Below, one piece after another: positions 58,864 to 61,703 of a stretch of DNA of 61,703 nucleotides. Position numbers and translations under genes: made by a program. Positions within the stretch are counted from its first letter, which is position 1, and each line of letters begins with the position of its first letter. The notes under the pieces are model-generated. The model was not told where the DNA came from. It worked only from the letters and a program-made list of their open reading frames with translations, and searched no databases. The stretch lies in contig NZFL01000025.1 of the NCBI GenBank assembly GCA_002690655.1, positions 58,199 through 119,901 on the forward strand, written 5' to 3'. The DNA is from Pedosphaera sp. GTDB lineage: Bacteria > Verrucomicrobiota > Verrucomicrobiia > Limisphaerales > AAA164-E04.

Positions 58864-59469
58864 TTATTTCAGAACGTTTTTTGCGAAGTTGTATAGTTCC
58901 TCCAAGCAAATATGTTCACTTTTTTCATCGGTATTTAATTCAAGATCCGCAGGCGAAGATTTCTCTGGAGGTTCAAAGGACGAATCTTTCCCGGTAAAGT
59001 TTTTGATATCTCCTGATTTTGCTTTTGCGTAAAGCCCTTTCACATCTCTCTGCTCGCATGTTTCAAGCGAGCAAGTCACAAAAACTTCTCTGAAATCAGG
59101 TTCGCGGATCACTTCTCTAGCCAGTGTTCTCAGTTCCTTTTTGGGCGTAATAAATGAAGCAATGGTAACGATGCCGGCATTTGCGAATAGTTTGGCCACC
59201 TCCGCAATGCGTCTGATGTTTTCTTTACGATCCGCATCCGTAAAACCTAGATTACGGTTGAGTCCCGTTCGGATATTATCTCCATCAAGCAACTGGGTCA
59301 TGATGCCATCTGTGTGTAACTTCTCTTCCAGAGCGATTGCCAAGGTGCTTTTTCCGGCACCGGAAAGTCCGTATAGCCAAATTACAATGCCCTTTTGCCC
59401 TAGCAAAGTTTCCTTGCTTGATCTGTCGAGGCTTCGATGGAAGATGGGGTGAATATTCTCCGCAGACAT
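58864..59469 (-). CDS. cysC: adenylyl-sulfate (APS) kinase
   Basis: GLSGAGKST, LDGDNIR, RDVKGLY. Confidence 0.96.
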   Translation of the reverse strand: MSAENIHPIFHRSLDRSSKETLLGQKGIVIWLYGLSGAGKSTLAIALEEKLHTDGIMTQLLDGDNIRTGLNRNLGFTDADRKENIRRIAEVAKLFANAGIVTIASFITPKKELRTLAREVIREPDFREVFVTCSLETCEQRDVKGLYAKAKSGDIKNFTGKDSSFEPPEKSSPADLELNTDEKSEHICLEELYNFAKNVLK

Positions 59470-59514
59470 AATGTCCGTTGCTGTTTTGATTAATGGATTC
59501 TTATGAGGGGGGGC

Positions 59515-60258
59515 TTAAATGCTGAAGTCGCTGGACGCCGTTTCGTGCAAACCGCATTCGCGCTTCAATCCAAAAAATCGAGATTCTTCTTCCGCCATTC
59601 CTTCATCCACCCGCTTGGTGGTGTGGACATCGCCAATGCTAAGGTATCCCTGATGCCACAAGGGATGGTAGGGTAGGTCGTGTTTTTTCAGATATTCGAA
59701 AACATCCTTGCTTGTCCAATCAACGATGGGATGGATTTTTAGATGTATGTCATCAACGGCCAGGACATTGAGTTTTTTACGGCTGGAACTCTGCTGACGT
59801 CTAAGGCCTGCAATCCACCCTTTCGGATTTAAATCTCTCAATGCCCGCCTCATTGGTTCCACTTTATTCATTTGATTGTAGGTGGTGATTCCATCGAGTC
59901 CGTTTTCCCAGAGCTGCCCATACCTCGCTTCCTGCCATGCAGGTGAGATATCTGACCGATACACTTTGATATTCAGTTTAAGCCTCTCTGTCAGTTTGTC
60001 GATAAACTGATAGGTCTCAGGAAACAGATAACCAGTATCCACTAAAATAACAGGTATGTCTGCCAACTGACTGGTAGCCATATGCAGGCAAACGGCAGCT
60101 TGTGCACCAAAGCTTGAAGTAAGCACCAGGCTTTCTTTGAAATGCCCAACGGCCCATGCGATGCGTTCCTCAGCAGATGCTGATTCAAGCTTGGCGTTTT
60201 CTTCCTGAAGCTCCAGGCCGTAGAGCCTATATTGTTTTGCTTGGGGCTTTTTCGCCAT
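59515..60258 (-). CDS. cysH: phosphoadenylyl-sulfate (PAPS) reductase
   Basis: [31 protein letters not shown]-terminal KRECGLH; start uncertain (60258-60285). Confidence 0.93.
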   Translation of the reverse strand: MAKKPQAKQYRLYGLELQEENAKLESASAEERIAWAVGHFKESLVLTSSFGAQAAVCLHMATSQLADIPVILVDTGYLFPETYQFIDKLTERLKLNIKVYRSDISPAWQEARYGQLWENGLDGITTYNQMNKVEPMRRALRDLNPKGWIAGLRRQQSSSRKKLNVLAVDDIHLKIHPIVDWTSKDVFEYLKKHDLPYHPLWHQGYLSIGDVHTTKRVDEGMAEEESRFFGLKRECGLHETASSDFSI

Positions 60259-60335
60259 ATGAGTCATTACCGTTTGATTGGGCATATCGTTTATTCAGAG
60301 GATCACTGCCATGTGTAAACAGAATGTGCACGGGA

Positions 60336-61703
60336 TCATGCCTCTTCCTGTTCATCGAGCTCTGCCCAGAGGGTTCTGGCGCTCCAGTCGCCGAAGCGTT
60401 CGTCCGTTTGACGCTCGCCCTTGAAGCGGAGCAACAATGAACCGAGTAACTCATCCATTTCGTCGTCTTTGACACTCACCTTGTAGAGTCGGTTCAATCG
60501 AGTTCCGGATTCGTTGCCGCCCACATAAACATTGTATTTTTTTGGGGCGCGGCCTACGAAGCCCAGTTCTGCCATGTAAGGACGCGCGCAACCATTCGGG
60601 CAGCCGGTCATACGAATAATGATTTCCTCCTGGGGAATACCTGCGTTTCCGAGTAAGCCTTCAACACGATCAATCAATCCAGGGAGATACCTTTCTGATT
60701 CAGCCAAAGCCAATCCACATGTCGGAAGCGCAGGGCATGCCATGGTGGCACTGCGCACCGGTGACTTTTCATGTGTCGTTTGAACCCCGTGGTCTGCAAG
60801 GATCTTGTTGATCCCCTCTAACGATTCGGGCGCCACATTCACAATGAGTATGTTTTGTGTCGGCGTGAGGCGGATTTCGGTTTTGTAGGTATCCACTACC
60901 TTGCGTATCGCTTTTTTCAATTGAATCGAATCAGTGTCCTTGATCCTTCCAGCCTCAACAAAAAGTCCTAGAAAATGGTTCCCATCGGCTTGTTTGTGCC
61001 AGCCGAATCGGTCTCCCTGGCGGGTAAATTCAAATGGTTTTGCATCTTCCAGTTTAAATCCTATGCGTTTTTCAAGTTCATTTCTGAACCATTCAACGCC
61101 TTTTTCTTCCAGCACATATTTCAAGCGGGCGTGTTTGCGGTCGGTGCGATCTCCGAAATCACGGTGGATCGTCAGGACGCCCTTGGCAACGTTCTCTATC
61201 TGATCACGGGCGATGTAGCCAATCACATCTGCTTTCCGCGGAAATGTGTTCGGGTTGTTATGGCTCATACCCAGGCCGCCGCCGGCCGTGAGGTTGTAAC
61301 CAACCAGTTTGTCATTCTCGGCGATCGCAATAAATCCCAGACAATTGGTGAAGAGATCGACATCGTTCAGAGGAGGGATTGCGAATGCCGTCTTGAATTT
61401 ACGTGGGAGATACGTTTTTCCATAGAGAGGATCGTCGTGATCCTTGTGCTCCTCCAGATCCAGTTGAACGCCCTCAACCCAAATGGAATGGTAGGCCTGA
61501 GTGGTGGGTTGTAACGCATTTGACAATAGTTCTGAATCTTCATGCACTTCGTTGATCCACGCGTCAGTGGCGGGTGTAGGGGATGCCATTACGTTGCGAT
61601 TCACATCACCGCATGCCGCAAGGGTGGTCATCAAGGCTTCGTTGATGGTTTTCATCAGGGGGCCCAGTCCCGTCTTGACGACACCATGGAATTGAATGCT
61701 TTG
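60336..61703 (-). CDS. cysI: sulfite reductase hemoprotein (beta) subunit, 5' end outside window
   Basis: Frame open to window end (QSIQFHGV...); ACGDVNRN, YLPRKFK, CPALPTCGLA, TGCPNGC siroheme/[4Fe-4S] ligands. Confidence 0.93.
   Translation of the reverse strand, partial: QSIQFHGVVKTGLGPLMKTINEALMTTLAACGDVNRNVMASPTPATDAWINEVHEDSELLSNALQPTTQAYHSIWVEGVQLDLEEHKDHDDPLYGKTYLPRKFKTAFAIPPLNDVDLFTNCLGFIAIAENDKLVGYNLTAGGGLGMSHNNPNTFPRKADVIGYIARDQIENVAKGVLTIHRDFGDRTDRKHARLKYVLEEKGVEWFRNELEKRIGFKLEDAKPFEFTRQGDRFGWHKQADGNHFLGLFVEAGRIKDTDSIQLKKAIRKVVDTYKTEIRLTPTQNILIVNVAPESLEGINKILADHGVQTTHEKSPVRSATMACPALPTCGLALAESERYLPGLIDRVEGLLGNAGIPQEEIIIRMTGCPNGCARPYMAELGFVGRAPKKYNVYVGGNESGTRLNRLYKVSVKDDEMDELLGSLLLRFKGERQTDERFGDWSARTLWAELDEQEEA

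Noticed and set aside
1-61703. CRISPR array, rRNA, intact transposase/integrase, prophage or defence system
   Set aside because: No regularly spaced repeats or characteristic motifs seen in the sequence or ORF track.

Overview
This is a gene-dense chromosomal segment, most likely from a PVC-superphylum bacterium (probably Verrucomicrobiota). The assignment is inferred from DUF1553/DUF1501 genes, a PVC-type heme-binding protein, CotH/lamin-tail proteins and a sulfatase. Housekeeping genes are topB (partial), an M32 carboxypeptidase, pyrE, recF, fbaA, waaA, tRNA-Leu(CAG) and a cysI-cysH-cysC-cysD-cysN sulfate-assimilation operon (cysI truncated by the window end). Between them lie many secreted or periplasmic proteins of poorly known function. 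I saw no CRISPR array, intact transposase/integrase or rRNA. The best candidates for undescribed biology are: (1) a secreted six-EF-hand protein transcribed divergently from a sensor kinase/NarL-type regulator pair; (2) two large secreted CotH-kinase/lamin-tail paralogs that share a C-terminal 'S-x-D-L..W...R-[FY]-F-R' module, a possible sorting signal; (3) a signal-peptide-bearing ArsC/LMW-PTP; (4) a lipoprotein serine-hydrolase-NamZ fusion plus ROK kinase (peptidoglycan salvage). A decaying accessory zone (~33.5-38.7 kb) holds three pseudogenes that the ORF track misses or only partly captures, and a tRNA-Ser-like 3' end (possible att scar). All family assignments come from motif recognition by eye; no searches were run.
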